Positions 28,953 through 38,554 of a DNA stretch of 64,000 nt are shown here, one piece after another (the first letter of the stretch is position 1; each line of letters opens with the position of its first letter). The notes beneath the pieces are model-generated. The model had not been told where the DNA came from, made no database searches, and was given only the letters and a program-made list of their open reading frames with translations. Made by a program: the position numbers and the translations under genes. Origin of the DNA: an uncultured Pelagibacteraceae bacterium (GTDB taxonomy: Bacteria > Pseudomonadota > Alphaproteobacteria > Pelagibacterales > Pelagibacteraceae); assembly GCA_902593285.1 (NCBI GenBank), contig CACJHW010000003.1:25260-89259 (forward strand), in the 5' to 3' direction.

Positions 28953-30683
28953 ATGAATTTAGATAATTTAAATAATTTGATCGAATTATTTGCAAATCAA
29001 GCAAATAAACAAAATAAAAGAGATATTTTTATAGAATGGCTAAACCCAAGTAATAAAAAAAAATACACCTGGGAACAAACTGAAAAGAATATTTTAAAAT
29101 TATCAAAAGTTATTAAAGAAAATATAGAAGAAGGTGATAGATGTCTTTTAGTTTCGGAGAATAGACCTGAGTGGTTTGTTTCTGATTTAGCTATAATGTT
29201 AGCTGGTGGAATTACAGTTCCAGCATATACAACTTATATTGAAGATGATTATAAGTATTTAATAGAAGATTGCGAACCTAGCTTAGTTATTGTTTCAAAT
29301 AATGAAATGCTACAAAAATTAAATAATATAATTAATGAAAAAGACTTTATTAAAAAAGTTATAACTTTAGATGAAATAACCAAGGTAACAAATAATTTAA
29401 ATTTAAATAACAAAGAAAAATATTTAGATTATAATTCTATTTTAAAGAATAATTTATTAGAGGAAGATAAAATCGAAAATAATAAATTAAATAGAAAGTC
29501 TCCAGCATGTATAATTTATACTTCAGGAACTGGAGGAAATCCCAAGGGTGTAATTTTAAGTCACGGTGGAATTTTAAATAATGTTGTTGGATCGTGTGAA
29601 ATTACAAAACCATTATTTAATTCAAGACCAGTATTTTTAACTTGGCTTCCGCTTTCTCATTCTTATGAGCACTGTCTTCAATTTGTACAGATAGCAGTAG
29701 GAGCTAGAGTATTCTATGCTGAAAAAATTGAAAAACTTTTGGAAAATATATCTGAAGCAAAGCCTACAATTATGGCAGCTGTCCCTAGGTTTTACCAAAA
29801 CCTTTACAACAAAATAAACATGAATTTAAAAAAACAAACGGGTTTAAAAGCAAAATTAATTGAAGCAACTCTTCGTTTGGGAAGAAAAAAACTATTAAAT
29901 CAAAAAATGACATTTTCAGAAAAATTACTCAATTTCATAGTTGATAAATTAGTTAGAAAAAAAATAAGAAAACAGTTCGGTGGAAATTTGAAAGCTTTCG
30001 TTTCAGGTGGTGGCGCTTTAGATAAAGAAATAGGTGAATTTTTAAACGCCATAGGGCTACCAACTCTGCAGGGCTATGGGTTAACTGAGACATCCCCGGT
30101 AGTAAGTTGCAATCCAATACATAAAATAAAAGTAGAAACTGTAGGACCTCCATTTAAAGGCAATGAAGTTAAAATTGCTGGAGATGGAGAAATTTTAGTT
30201 AAAGGCGAAAATGTAATGCTGGGATATTGGAATAAAAAAGAAGAAACTGAAAAAGTAATAATTAATGGATGGCTTCATACTGGTGATATTGGAGAGATAG
30301 ATCCAGATGATGGATATTTAAAAATAACAGATAGAAAAAAAGATATTATAGTAAGTGCTGGAGGAGATAATATTTCACCAGCTAAAATTGAAAATATGAT
30401 TATAAATGAGCCAGAGATAGATCAATGTATGGTTTACGGTGATAAAAAAAATTATTTAGTCGCTTTAATTGTACCTAATAAAGATTTTTTAAATGAAAGA
30501 GAAAAAATAAATAAAGTAATTGAAAAAATAAACACAAAATTAACTTTGTTAGAAAAGATAAAAAGAATTCAATTAATAGACGAAAATTTTTCAATTGAAA
30601 ATGGTTTAATGACACCAACAATGAAAGTAAAAAGAAAAAAAGTAACAGAAAAATATAAAAATCAGCTAGAAAATCTTTATTAA
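28953..30683 (+). CDS. long-chain fatty acid-CoA ligase (AMP-binding)
   Basis: IIYTSGTGGNPKGV, LPLSHSYE, QGYGLTET, GWLHTGDIG, ITDRKKD. Confidence 0.9.
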   Translation: MNLDNLNNLIELFANQANKQNKRDIFIEWLNPSNKKKYTWEQTEKNILKLSKVIKENIEEGDRCLLVSENRPEWFVSDLAIMLAGGITVPAYTTYIEDDYKYLIEDCEPSLVIVSNNEMLQKLNNIINEKDFIKKVITLDEITKVTNNLNLNNKEKYLDYNSILKNNLLEEDKIENNKLNRKSPACIIYTSGTGGNPKGVILSHGGILNNVVGSCEITKPLFNSRPVFLTWLPLSHSYEHCLQFVQIAVGARVFYAEKIEKLLENISEAKPTIMAAVPRFYQNLYNKINMNLKKQTGLKAKLIEATLRLGRKKLLNQKMTFSEKLLNFIVDKLVRKKIRKQFGGNLKAFVSGGGALDKEIGEFLNAIGLPTLQGYGLTETSPVVSCNPIHKIKVETVGPPFKGNEVKIAGDGEILVKGENVMLGYWNKKEETEKVIINGWLHTGDIGEIDPDDGYLKITDRKKDIIVSAGGDNISPAKIENMIINEPEIDQCMVYGDKKNYLVALIVPNKDFLNEREKINKVIEKINTKLTLLEKIKRIQLIDENFSIENGLMTPTMKVKRKKVTEKYKNQLENLY

Positions 30684-30800
30684 ATTATTTAAATTAAATT
30701 GTTTATAAACCGCATAAACATTAACTAAATTAATAAAAAAGTTTTATAAAAATAAAAAATTAAAAATTATTTTTATAAAATTTAACTTTTAATTAAAGAA

Positions 30801-30829
30801 TTGACATAACTTATAGAAAAAAATAAAAA
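30801..30829 (+). promoter_or_regulatory. putative sigma70 promoter of the basic peptide gene
   Basis: perfect TTGACA-17 nt-TAAAAA. Confidence 0.6.
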
Positions 30830-30840
30830 TATAGTAATTG

Positions 30841-30857
30841 CGAATCAATTTGATTCG
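30841..30857. promoter_or_regulatory. palindrome of two GANTC sites
   Basis: CGAATCAA-T-TTGATTCG. Confidence 0.7.
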
Positions 30858-30881
30858 TTTAACTAAAAAAGGGAGCTAAAG

Positions 30882-30974
30882 ATGCCTAAGAAAAGAAAAA
30901 AAGCGGCAAAGAAAACTAAGAAAAAAGCTAAGAAAAAAGCTAAGAAAGCAAAAAAAAGAAGAAGAAGAAAATAG
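30882..30974 (+). CDS. 30-aa extremely basic (protamine/histone H1-like) peptide (not in ORF track)
   Basis: MPKKRKKAAKKTKKKAKKKAKKAKKRRRRK; SD GGGAG 6 nt before ATG; own promoter and terminator; tandem stops TAG TAA. Confidence 0.8.
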   Translation: MPKKRKKAAKKTKKKAKKKAKKAKKRRRRK

Positions 30975-30992
30975 TAACTTAGTATTCTTTAC

Positions 30993-31037
30993 AAAAAACG
31001 CTTCTCATTACAGTTTGTGTGAGAGGCGTTTTTTTTT
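30993..31037 (+). terminator. intrinsic terminator, probably bidirectional (peptide gene / carD)
   Basis: A6-CGCTTCTCA...TGAGAGGCG-T9; the G.U pair forms only on the + strand transcript. Confidence 0.85.
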
Positions 31038-31941
31038 ATTCGTCAATCGATACTTCGTTATCTGAAATTGGCTCGTCTACAGGTAAATCACTAGTAGGCG
31101 CCTTTACAACTGCTGGTGTTTGTGATTGTCCACCTAAATTTCTTTTTAATGCTTTATCTAATTTTTTTTGTGTATCTTCTAAGGATATATTCAATACAAT
31201 CTGAAATTCGGACAAAATTCTTTCATAAGCTTTTTCAAATAATTGTCTTTCACTATAAGATTGATCAACCATAAGGTCATCACCTTTATTTAAATCTCTA
31301 ACAACCTCGGCTAATTCGTATATTTTTCCTGAAGAAATTTTGGCCTCATATTCTTGCGCTCTTCGACTCCACATTGATCTTTTAATTTTTGGTTTACTTT
31401 TTAATATTGAAATACATTTATTTATTTGATTAATAGTAGCTAAAGGTCTTAAATGTGACTGTTTGTTTACAGGTACCATTCCATTAGCCTTATCTTTTTC
31501 AAATTTAATAACATAAGTTTCAACATCAATTCCACCGATATTAATTTTTTTAAATTCAGTAATTTGGCCAACACCATGTTTTGGATAAACCACATGATCT
31601 TTTATTTTATACTCTCTTTTTTCAGTTTCTTGTTTTTTAACTTTTTTAATTTCTGGCTTTACTTCATTAGTTTTTGAAATTCTTAAGTTATCTACTTTAG
31701 GGTCGTTCGTTGTTTCACTAACTTTAACAGTTTTTTTTATCTTAGTTGTTTTAGATGAAATTTTTTTTGCAATTTTTTTGGTTTTTTTTAAAATTATTTT
31801 TTTTGGTTTTGTTGTTTTTTTTACTTTTACTATTTTTTTAGCTTTTACGGCTTTTTTTTTGGAAACTTTTTTTTTCACTTTTTTATCTGTTTTGCCTTTA
31901 AAGATTTTCTTTAAAATATTTTTCGTACTTATTTTGCTCAT
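31036..31941 (-). CDS. carD: CarD/CdnL-family RNAP-binding regulator with Lys-rich N-terminal extension
   Basis: [43 protein letters not shown]; start uncertain (ATG 31941, GTG 31878 or GTG 31983). Confidence 0.88.
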   Translation of the reverse strand: MSKISTKNILKKIFKGKTDKKVKKKVSKKKAVKAKKIVKVKKTTKPKKIILKKTKKIAKKISSKTTKIKKTVKVSETTNDPKVDNLRISKTNEVKPEIKKVKKQETEKREYKIKDHVVYPKHGVGQITEFKKINIGGIDVETYVIKFEKDKANGMVPVNKQSHLRPLATINQINKCISILKSKPKIKRSMWSRRAQEYEAKISSGKIYELAEVVRDLNKGDDLMVDQSYSERQLFEKAYERILSEFQIVLNISLEDTQKKLDKALKRNLGGQSQTPAVVKAPTSDLPVDEPISDNEVSIDE

Positions 31942-32224
31942 TTTTAAATTTTTCGTGATCCGCTGGTGGATCTTTCTTTTCACTTATGTTAGGCCAGATT
32001 TCAGAGTATTTTTTATTGATCTCTAACCATTTTTCACTTCCAGGTTCAGTGTCTGCTTTTATGGCATCTACAGGACATTCTGGCTCGCAAACGCCACAAT
32101 CTATACACTCATCGGGTTTAATTACAAGCATATTTTTACCTTCGTAAAAGCAATCAACTGGGCAGACATCAACACAGTCTGTTAGTTTGCACTTAATACA
32201 TTTGTCGTTAACGATATATGTCAT
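31898..32224 (-). CDS. fdxA: 7Fe/8Fe ferredoxin
   Basis: [29 protein letters not shown]...[12 protein letters not shown]. Confidence 0.95.
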   Translation of the reverse strand: MTYIVNDKCIKCKLTDCVDVCPVDCFYEGKNMLVIKPDECIDCGVCEPECPVDAIKADTEPGSEKWLEINKKYSEIWPNISEKKDPPADHEKFKNEQNKYEKYFKENL

Positions 32225-32631
32225 TTTGAATTTCGTTTAATTTTTTCTTTAATATCGCCCATTGTTTTATTGTCAATATAAAGTAACCCTGCAAGTCGTC
32301 TCATTAAATTAGTTTCGTATATATCAGCATCATTATTTGAGTAAATGATAGACCATAAAGCCTCTACGATTTTAATTTTGTCTTGTTCAGGTAAATTTTT
32401 AACTTCTCTAGTAAAATCTAAAATTTGATTTGAGTTTTCTTCAATTATTTTTGCATCTTCAATTGTTTTAGAAATATTTTCATCTTCTACACCAAGCTCT
32501 TTGAGTGTTTTTTTAATAATTTCTTCCTCTTTATCGGTATAATTCTCATCTATTTTAGCAGCATGAATTAACAAAGCAGATACTTTTGTAAGAAAATTAT
32601 TATTTTTTGTTTCATTTTTTTTAAAAAACAT
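32221..32631 (-). CDS. TerB-family protein
   Basis: [22 protein letters not shown]...[12 protein letters not shown]. Confidence 0.75.
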   Translation of the reverse strand: MFFKKNETKNNNFLTKVSALLIHAAKIDENYTDKEEEIIKKTLKELGVEDENISKTIEDAKIIEENSNQILDFTREVKNLPEQDKIKIVEALWSIIYSNNDADIYETNLMRRLAGLLYIDNKTMGDIKEKIKRNSK

Positions 32632-32632
32632 T

Positions 32633-35113
32633 TTAATTTAAATTTAAATTCTTTAATATTTTAAATGGATTTTCATTTGAAATCTTCTTTGTAGTAATTT
32701 TTTTAAATTTCTTAGTAGGACTATATTTAAAAAATGTTTCATTTTCTTTTTCAAATATTTTATAATTCATTTTTTGAAGTAATTTTTTGAAGTTATCTTT
32801 ACTGCATCCTAAAAGATTTAACATTTCTGGAACTAGTTTTATTTCAGAATTTTCTTTTGAACTAGAATTTATTATTAATACAAATAATCTTTCCAAAATA
32901 TCAATTCTTACAAAAAAATTATCAAATCTTTCAAATCCACACAAAAGCATAAAATCTTTATTTTTTATTTCTTTATCTTCTAAAAAATTCAAACCGAAGG
33001 TTGGTGGTTTTAATTCATGATATTTTTGATAAAAATTTTTCCACAATAATGTTCGCAAAGATACTGCTTCTGGCTTAATTAACTGATAAAGGAAAACATG
33101 ATATCTTCCAAACTTTACTCCCAAGTCTCTAAGAATTTTTCTTTCATTTTGTTCTAGGTTTTTTAAGTATTCAAAAACTTGGTCTCGTTTTAATACCCCA
33201 TTATTTTCATAGAGTTGATATGCCAATGCTTTAATTGATGAATTATTTTCTTTTATATATTTTAAATCAATTAAACTTTTAAGGACGTTATTTATTTTTG
33301 CATGTATCCATTTATTTATATAATCGTTTAATTTTTGTTTAGTGTTTTGTTCAATAATATCATCAACGATTAAATCAAAATTAGGATTTAAATAGTCACT
33401 ACCTGTTGTTAATTTAGCAATTGGGAAGTCATTCCAGTAAATTTTAAAGTCTTCATTCAAATTTATTAATCCTGTATCAATTATTGATTGAACACGTTTT
33501 TCTAATTCTGGACCAATAGTTTGTCTGGCAGCTTTTTTTAAAGATTTGATATCAGTTTCTAAAGCACCTTTTTTTAGATCTAGTTCTAATTTTAGTCCTT
33601 TTATCTTTCCGATGAATTGATCGTCAATTTTAACATCATTGTTTTGTAAAATTTCAGTTTTAAATTCCATATCTTGTTTTAAACCTCTAGCGAGCACGCT
33701 TGCTCTTTTGTCAATAAAAGTTTTAGTAAGTTCTTCATGTAATCTGTCTGAAAGTCTATCTTCTAAGTGTTTAGTTTTTTCAATCCAATAACTTTGATTT
33801 TCTACCCAATTATTTTTATTCGAAACATATGACCAAGTTCTGACATTTGCAATTCTATTTGATAAAGAATCTACATTTCCATCTAATTTATCTAGTTTCA
33901 TGAGCTGTAATCTTATATAATCTTCAGAAATTAGTCCTTTTTTGCTAGTTAAAAATTTAAATACATTTCCAATAACTTCAAAATGATTTCCATAAGTTTT
34001 TTTAACAAAATCAGGTATTTGGCAACATTCCCATAAGAGCATTAAAGTTTTCTTATCAAATCCTCTATTTAAAATTTTTTGATCTTTTAAAAAATATTTA
34101 AGTGCTTTTTCATCCTCACATTCATGAATTTTTCTTAGCCATTCCACTTGAGGTTTTTCCTCTAAGCTTTTAATTAAATTAATTGGGTTATTGAAATTAA
34201 GATTTGAATTTCTCCAAAACAAGGTTCTAATTTCTTCAAATTTATGATTTTCTAATAATTCTACCTCTTCTGGAGATATTTCTTTACAATCACCGGTAAT
34301 ACCGAAACCTCCATCGTTAAGGTATCGACCAGCTCTACCTGCTATTTGACCTATTTCAGATAGATTTAATCTTCTTAATTTTTTTCCATCAAATTTCTTA
34401 ATATTTGAAAAATAAACAAAATCTAAATCCATGTTTATTCCCATCCCAATTGCATCTGTTGCAACTAGGAAATCAACATCCCCAGATTGATATAATTCAA
34501 CTTGAGCGTTTCTTGTTTTTGGACTTAGTGATCCCATTACAATTGCAGCACCACCTTTTTGTCTTCTTATTAACTCAGCAATTGCATAAACCTCCTCTGC
34601 CGAAAATGCAATGATTGCTGTTTTTCTATCAATTCTAGATATTTTTTTATGACCAGCGTAGGTAAGTTTAGATAGTCTTTTCCTATTTATAAATTCAATA
34701 TCTCCATCCAATTTTGAGATAATATTTTTAATAGTGCCTGAACCCATAAGCATGGTAAGTTTTTCTCCTCTCATATTTAAAAGTCTATCAGTAAAAATAT
34801 GACCTCTCTCATGATCAGAGCACATTTGAATCTCATCTACGCCAACAAACTCTAAATGTTTGTCAATTGGCATAGACTCAACTGTACATAAAAAATATTT
34901 AGCATTAGATGGAATAATTTTTTCCTCACCAGTTATTAATGCAACTTTATCTAAACTTATTTTTTTGATTACTTTGTCATATACTTCTCTTGCAAGTAAT
35001 CTAAGTGGAAATCCAATCATGCCACTCTCAAAAGAAAGCATGGTTTCGATAGCAAGATGAGTTTTGCCTGTATTTGTAGGACCGAGAACAGCTGTTATTT
35101 TATTTTTAGTCAT
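32633..35113 (-). CDS. SF2 helicase, Suv3-like (alphaproteobacterial MgpS type)
   Basis: AVLGPTNTGKT, PLRLLARE, DEIQ, VATDAIGMGIN, QIAGRAGR. Confidence 0.88.
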   Translation of the reverse strand: MTKNKITAVLGPTNTGKTHLAIETMLSFESGMIGFPLRLLAREVYDKVIKKISLDKVALITGEEKIIPSNAKYFLCTVESMPIDKHLEFVGVDEIQMCSDHERGHIFTDRLLNMRGEKLTMLMGSGTIKNIISKLDGDIEFINRKRLSKLTYAGHKKISRIDRKTAIIAFSAEEVYAIAELIRRQKGGAAIVMGSLSPKTRNAQVELYQSGDVDFLVATDAIGMGINMDLDFVYFSNIKKFDGKKLRRLNLSEIGQIAGRAGRYLNDGGFGITGDCKEISPEEVELLENHKFEEIRTLFWRNSNLNFNNPINLIKSLEEKPQVEWLRKIHECEDEKALKYFLKDQKILNRGFDKKTLMLLWECCQIPDFVKKTYGNHFEVIGNVFKFLTSKKGLISEDYIRLQLMKLDKLDGNVDSLSNRIANVRTWSYVSNKNNWVENQSYWIEKTKHLEDRLSDRLHEELTKTFIDKRASVLARGLKQDMEFKTEILQNNDVKIDDQFIGKIKGLKLELDLKKGALETDIKSLKKAARQTIGPELEKRVQSIIDTGLINLNEDFKIYWNDFPIAKLTTGSDYLNPNFDLIVDDIIEQNTKQKLNDYINKWIHAKINNVLKSLIDLKYIKENNSSIKALAYQLYENNGVLKRDQVFEYLKNLEQNERKILRDLGVKFGRYHVFLYQLIKPEAVSLRTLLWKNFYQKYHELKPPTFGLNFLEDKEIKNKDFMLLCGFERFDNFFVRIDILERLFVLIINSSSKENSEIKLVPEMLNLLGCSKDNFKKLLQKMNYKIFEKENETFFKYSPTKKFKKITTKKISNENPFKILKNLNLN

Positions 35114-35286
35114 TTCTATCTTTTGTGCTTCTTTTTTTTTACCTACCAGATATTGTTACTGCTAAAGAACAAAAATAGACTAAAACATGACCGAATCGGA
35201 GGATAAAAAGTTCTCATTTTCTTTTAAATGTTAGTGAGATTATCATAAATAAGATTAATTCTATAATAGTAATTTAATTTAGTAAA

Positions 35287-37248
35287 ATGAGTAAAAAACT
35301 TTGGCAACCTTCTCTAATTGTAAAAAGAAGTTCAAATTTATTTGCTTTTGAAAATTACATTTCAAAAAAATTAAAAATAAAATTTAATAGAAATTATAAA
35401 AAAATATTAAATTGGAGTATTAAAAATTCACCTGAATTTTGGAGTAGATTTTGGGATTTTAGCAAAATTAAAGGAACTAAAAGTAAAAAAAAAATTAGAA
35501 AATCAAAAACTTTTTATAAAAATATATTTTTACCAGGTAGTAAACTAAATTTTGGTGAAAATTTATTATCCAAAAACAATAATGAAAAAGCAGTAACCTT
35601 TATTAGTGAAAATGGATTTAGAGAAGAAAGATCATGGAGACAATTAAATTTAAATACTAATAAAATTTCAAAGTTTCTAAAAAAAATAAATATTAAAAAA
35701 GGAGATAGAGTTGTTGCCTATATGCCCAATACTATTGAAACTGTTGAAGCATTCATTGCTACAACTTCCCTAGGGGGTATTTGGTCTTCTTGCAGTCCTG
35801 ATTTTGGTTCTAAAGGTGTTATAGAAAGATTTTCTCAAATTAATCCAAAAGTTTTATTCATCACTGATCAGTATTTTTATAATGGAAAAAAAATAGATGT
35901 TTTAAAAAGACTTCCAGAGATTTTAAAAATAATCCCATCAATTAAAAATGTTGTAATTAGTAATTACCCTGGAAAAAAATTTATTAAAAATAAATTTAAA
36001 TTTAAAAAAATTAATTTTTTTAAATGGAATAAATTAATGCAAACGAATGCTGAAAAAATTAATTTCAAAAGATTTGATTTTGAAACAGAGTTAGCAATAT
36101 TATATTCAAGTGGAACTACTGGAAAACCCAAATGTATTTGTCATAGATCTGGTGGTGTTTTAATCCAGCATATGAAGGAACATCAATTACATTGTAATAT
36201 TAAAGAAAATGATAATGTTTTTTATTTTACTACTTGTGGATGGATGATGTGGAATTGGTTGGTTAGTTCATTAGCTTCGAAGGCATCTATTGTTCTTTTT
36301 GATGGATCTCCAATGTTTAAATCATCCGATTTGCTTTTGAAAATAGCACAAAGAGAAAAAATAACTTTATTTGGAATAAGTGCGAAGTATGTAGATGCTT
36401 TAAGAAAATTTAAACCAAAATTAAATTATAAATTTAAACTAAATAAACTAAGAACAATTTGTTCAACTGGCTCACCTCTCTCAGAAGAAAGTTTTAAATA
36501 TGTTTATAAGCATATTAAAAAAAATGTGCACTTGTCATCTATTTCTGGTGGTACCGATATTGTTTCGTGCTTCGTATTAGGAAATTTATATCAGCCAGTG
36601 AATATAGGAGAAATACAAAACAATGGTTTGGCTTTAGATGTAGATGTTTTAAGTGATAAAGGGAAGTCTTTAAAAAATAGTAAAGGAGAACTTGTCTGTA
36701 AAAATCCTTTTCCATCAATGCCTTTAAAGTTTTGGAATGATAAACATGATATTAAACTTAAGAGTGCTTATTTTAATAGATTTAAAAATATATGGCACCA
36801 TGGAGATTACGCAGAGATAAAAAATAGTGGTGGATATATAATTCATGGAAGATCAGATACCACTTTAAATCCAGGAGGTGTAAGACTTGGAACAGCAGAG
36901 ATATATTCAGAAGTTGAAAAGTTTAAAGAAATAAAAGAGTCTATTGTTGTAGGACAATCATGGGATAATGATGTTAGAATAGTTTTATTTATTGTAATGA
37001 GCAAAAATTATTTATTAACAGCAGAATTAATTAACAAAATTAAATTGCAAATAAAAAAAAATGCATCTCCTAGACATGTTCCAAGTAAAATTATTGTTGT
37101 AAAAGATATACCTCGAACAAAAAGTGGTAAAATAGTTGAACTTGCAGTTAAAAGTAAGATAGAAGGAAGTCAAATTAAAAACATTGAAGCTTTAGCAAAT
37201 CCCGAAGCTCTTGAACAATTTAATCATTTAAAAGAATTGAGCAATTAA
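35287..37248 (+). CDS. acetoacetate-CoA ligase
   Basis: IWSSCSPDFG, YSSGTTGKPKCI.H, TTCGWMMWNW, SISGGTDIVSCF, GRSDTTLNPGGVRLGTAEIY. Confidence 0.9.
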   Translation: MSKKLWQPSLIVKRSSNLFAFENYISKKLKIKFNRNYKKILNWSIKNSPEFWSRFWDFSKIKGTKSKKKIRKSKTFYKNIFLPGSKLNFGENLLSKNNNEKAVTFISENGFREERSWRQLNLNTNKISKFLKKINIKKGDRVVAYMPNTIETVEAFIATTSLGGIWSSCSPDFGSKGVIERFSQINPKVLFITDQYFYNGKKIDVLKRLPEILKIIPSIKNVVISNYPGKKFIKNKFKFKKINFFKWNKLMQTNAEKINFKRFDFETELAILYSSGTTGKPKCICHRSGGVLIQHMKEHQLHCNIKENDNVFYFTTCGWMMWNWLVSSLASKASIVLFDGSPMFKSSDLLLKIAQREKITLFGISAKYVDALRKFKPKLNYKFKLNKLRTICSTGSPLSEESFKYVYKHIKKNVHLSSISGGTDIVSCFVLGNLYQPVNIGEIQNNGLALDVDVLSDKGKSLKNSKGELVCKNPFPSMPLKFWNDKHDIKLKSAYFNRFKNIWHHGDYAEIKNSGGYIIHGRSDTTLNPGGVRLGTAEIYSEVEKFKEIKESIVVGQSWDNDVRIVLFIVMSKNYLLTAELINKIKLQIKKNASPRHVPSKIIVVKDIPRTKSGKIVELAVKSKIEGSQIKNIEALANPEALEQFNHLKELSN

Positions 37249-38475
37249 ATGTTAAAAAATCTTGTCAAAGACCTGAAGCCTTCTTCTACTCTTGCAATTA
37301 ACGAAACTTCAAAACAATTAGAACAACAAGGAAAAAAAATCTTTAAATTTGGTTTTGGTCAATCCCCATTTAAAGTACCTGAAGATGTAGTCGAAGAATT
37401 AAAAAATAACGCTTATCAAAATAAATATTTACCTATGCAGGGTCTTGAGGAATTAAGAGAATCTGTAGCAAAATACTCATCTAAAAAGAAAAATTATAAT
37501 TATAAAGCGCACAATGTAATAATTGGACCGGGATCTAAAGAATTAATGTTTTTATTACATTTAATATTCGATGGTGAAATTATATTGCCAGCACCTAGTT
37601 GGGTTTCATATGCACCACAAGCTATTTTAGGGAGAAATAAAATTCAATTTCTTCAAACAGAAAGAGAGAACAACTGGTTTCCTTCTGGAGAACAAATTGA
37701 GAAAGTTATTTCAAAAGATAAAGATAAAAATTATTTATTATTTTTAAATTCACCTAACAATCCTTCTGGACAGGTTTGTAACAAATTAGAAGAAATTTCA
37801 GAAATTGCCAAAAAGTATAACCTTATAATTTTATCAGATGAAATATATTCAGAATTAACATTTTCGAAAAATTTTAAATCTATCTCAAGTTATTGCCCTG
37901 AAAAAACTATTATTAGTACTGGACTTAGTAAATGGTGTGGTGCAGGGGGATGGAGACTTGGTTATTTTGTAATTCCAGATGAATTGAATAATATAAAAAA
38001 TATGATTAATGTATTAGCTAGTGAAACTTTTTCTGCTGTGAGTGCACCTATTCAGTATGCAGCAATCAAAGCTTACGAAAATGATCATTCAAATTATATT
38101 ACAAAATCAGTAAATATTTTAAGTGCAGTTGGTAAATATGTTTTTTCAAATTTAAAATCAAATAAGGTATTGATTAATGAACCTCATGGAGGATTTTATT
38201 TAATGCCAGAATTTTTAAATAACAAATTTAAAACTTCATCAGAAATGTGTAAGGATATATTAAATAATACTGGAGTTGCTTTATTACCAGGTTCTGATTT
38301 TGGGTTTAATCCAGACAAAATGTTAGCAAGGTTAAGTTTTACAGATTTTGATGGACAAGAGTTTATGAACAATATTGATGAAACAAATAAAATTGATGAA
38401 AATTTAATTAATAAGTTTGCGCCAAAAGTAGTAGAAGGTGTTAATAAACTAAAGAATTGGTCAGAAAATTTATAA
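37249..38475 (+). CDS. PLP-dependent aminotransferase class I/II
   Basis: NSPNNPSG, SDEIY, GLSKW..GGWRLG. Confidence 0.88.
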   Translation: MLKNLVKDLKPSSTLAINETSKQLEQQGKKIFKFGFGQSPFKVPEDVVEELKNNAYQNKYLPMQGLEELRESVAKYSSKKKNYNYKAHNVIIGPGSKELMFLLHLIFDGEIILPAPSWVSYAPQAILGRNKIQFLQTERENNWFPSGEQIEKVISKDKDKNYLLFLNSPNNPSGQVCNKLEEISEIAKKYNLIILSDEIYSELTFSKNFKSISSYCPEKTIISTGLSKWCGAGGWRLGYFVIPDELNNIKNMINVLASETFSAVSAPIQYAAIKAYENDHSNYITKSVNILSAVGKYVFSNLKSNKVLINEPHGGFYLMPEFLNNKFKTSSEMCKDILNNTGVALLPGSDFGFNPDKMLARLSFTDFDGQEFMNNIDETNKIDENLINKFAPKVVEGVNKLKNWSENL

Positions 38476-38554
38476 AATCACTCTGTACACCTACGATTAT
38501 TTTTTGTTAGAATAAACTTATAAAAATAACGACATATAAATAGAGGGGTAAACA

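Noticed and set aside
31019-31204. 61-aa + strand ORF after the basic peptide
   Set aside because: Starts inside the terminator stem and is antisense to carD
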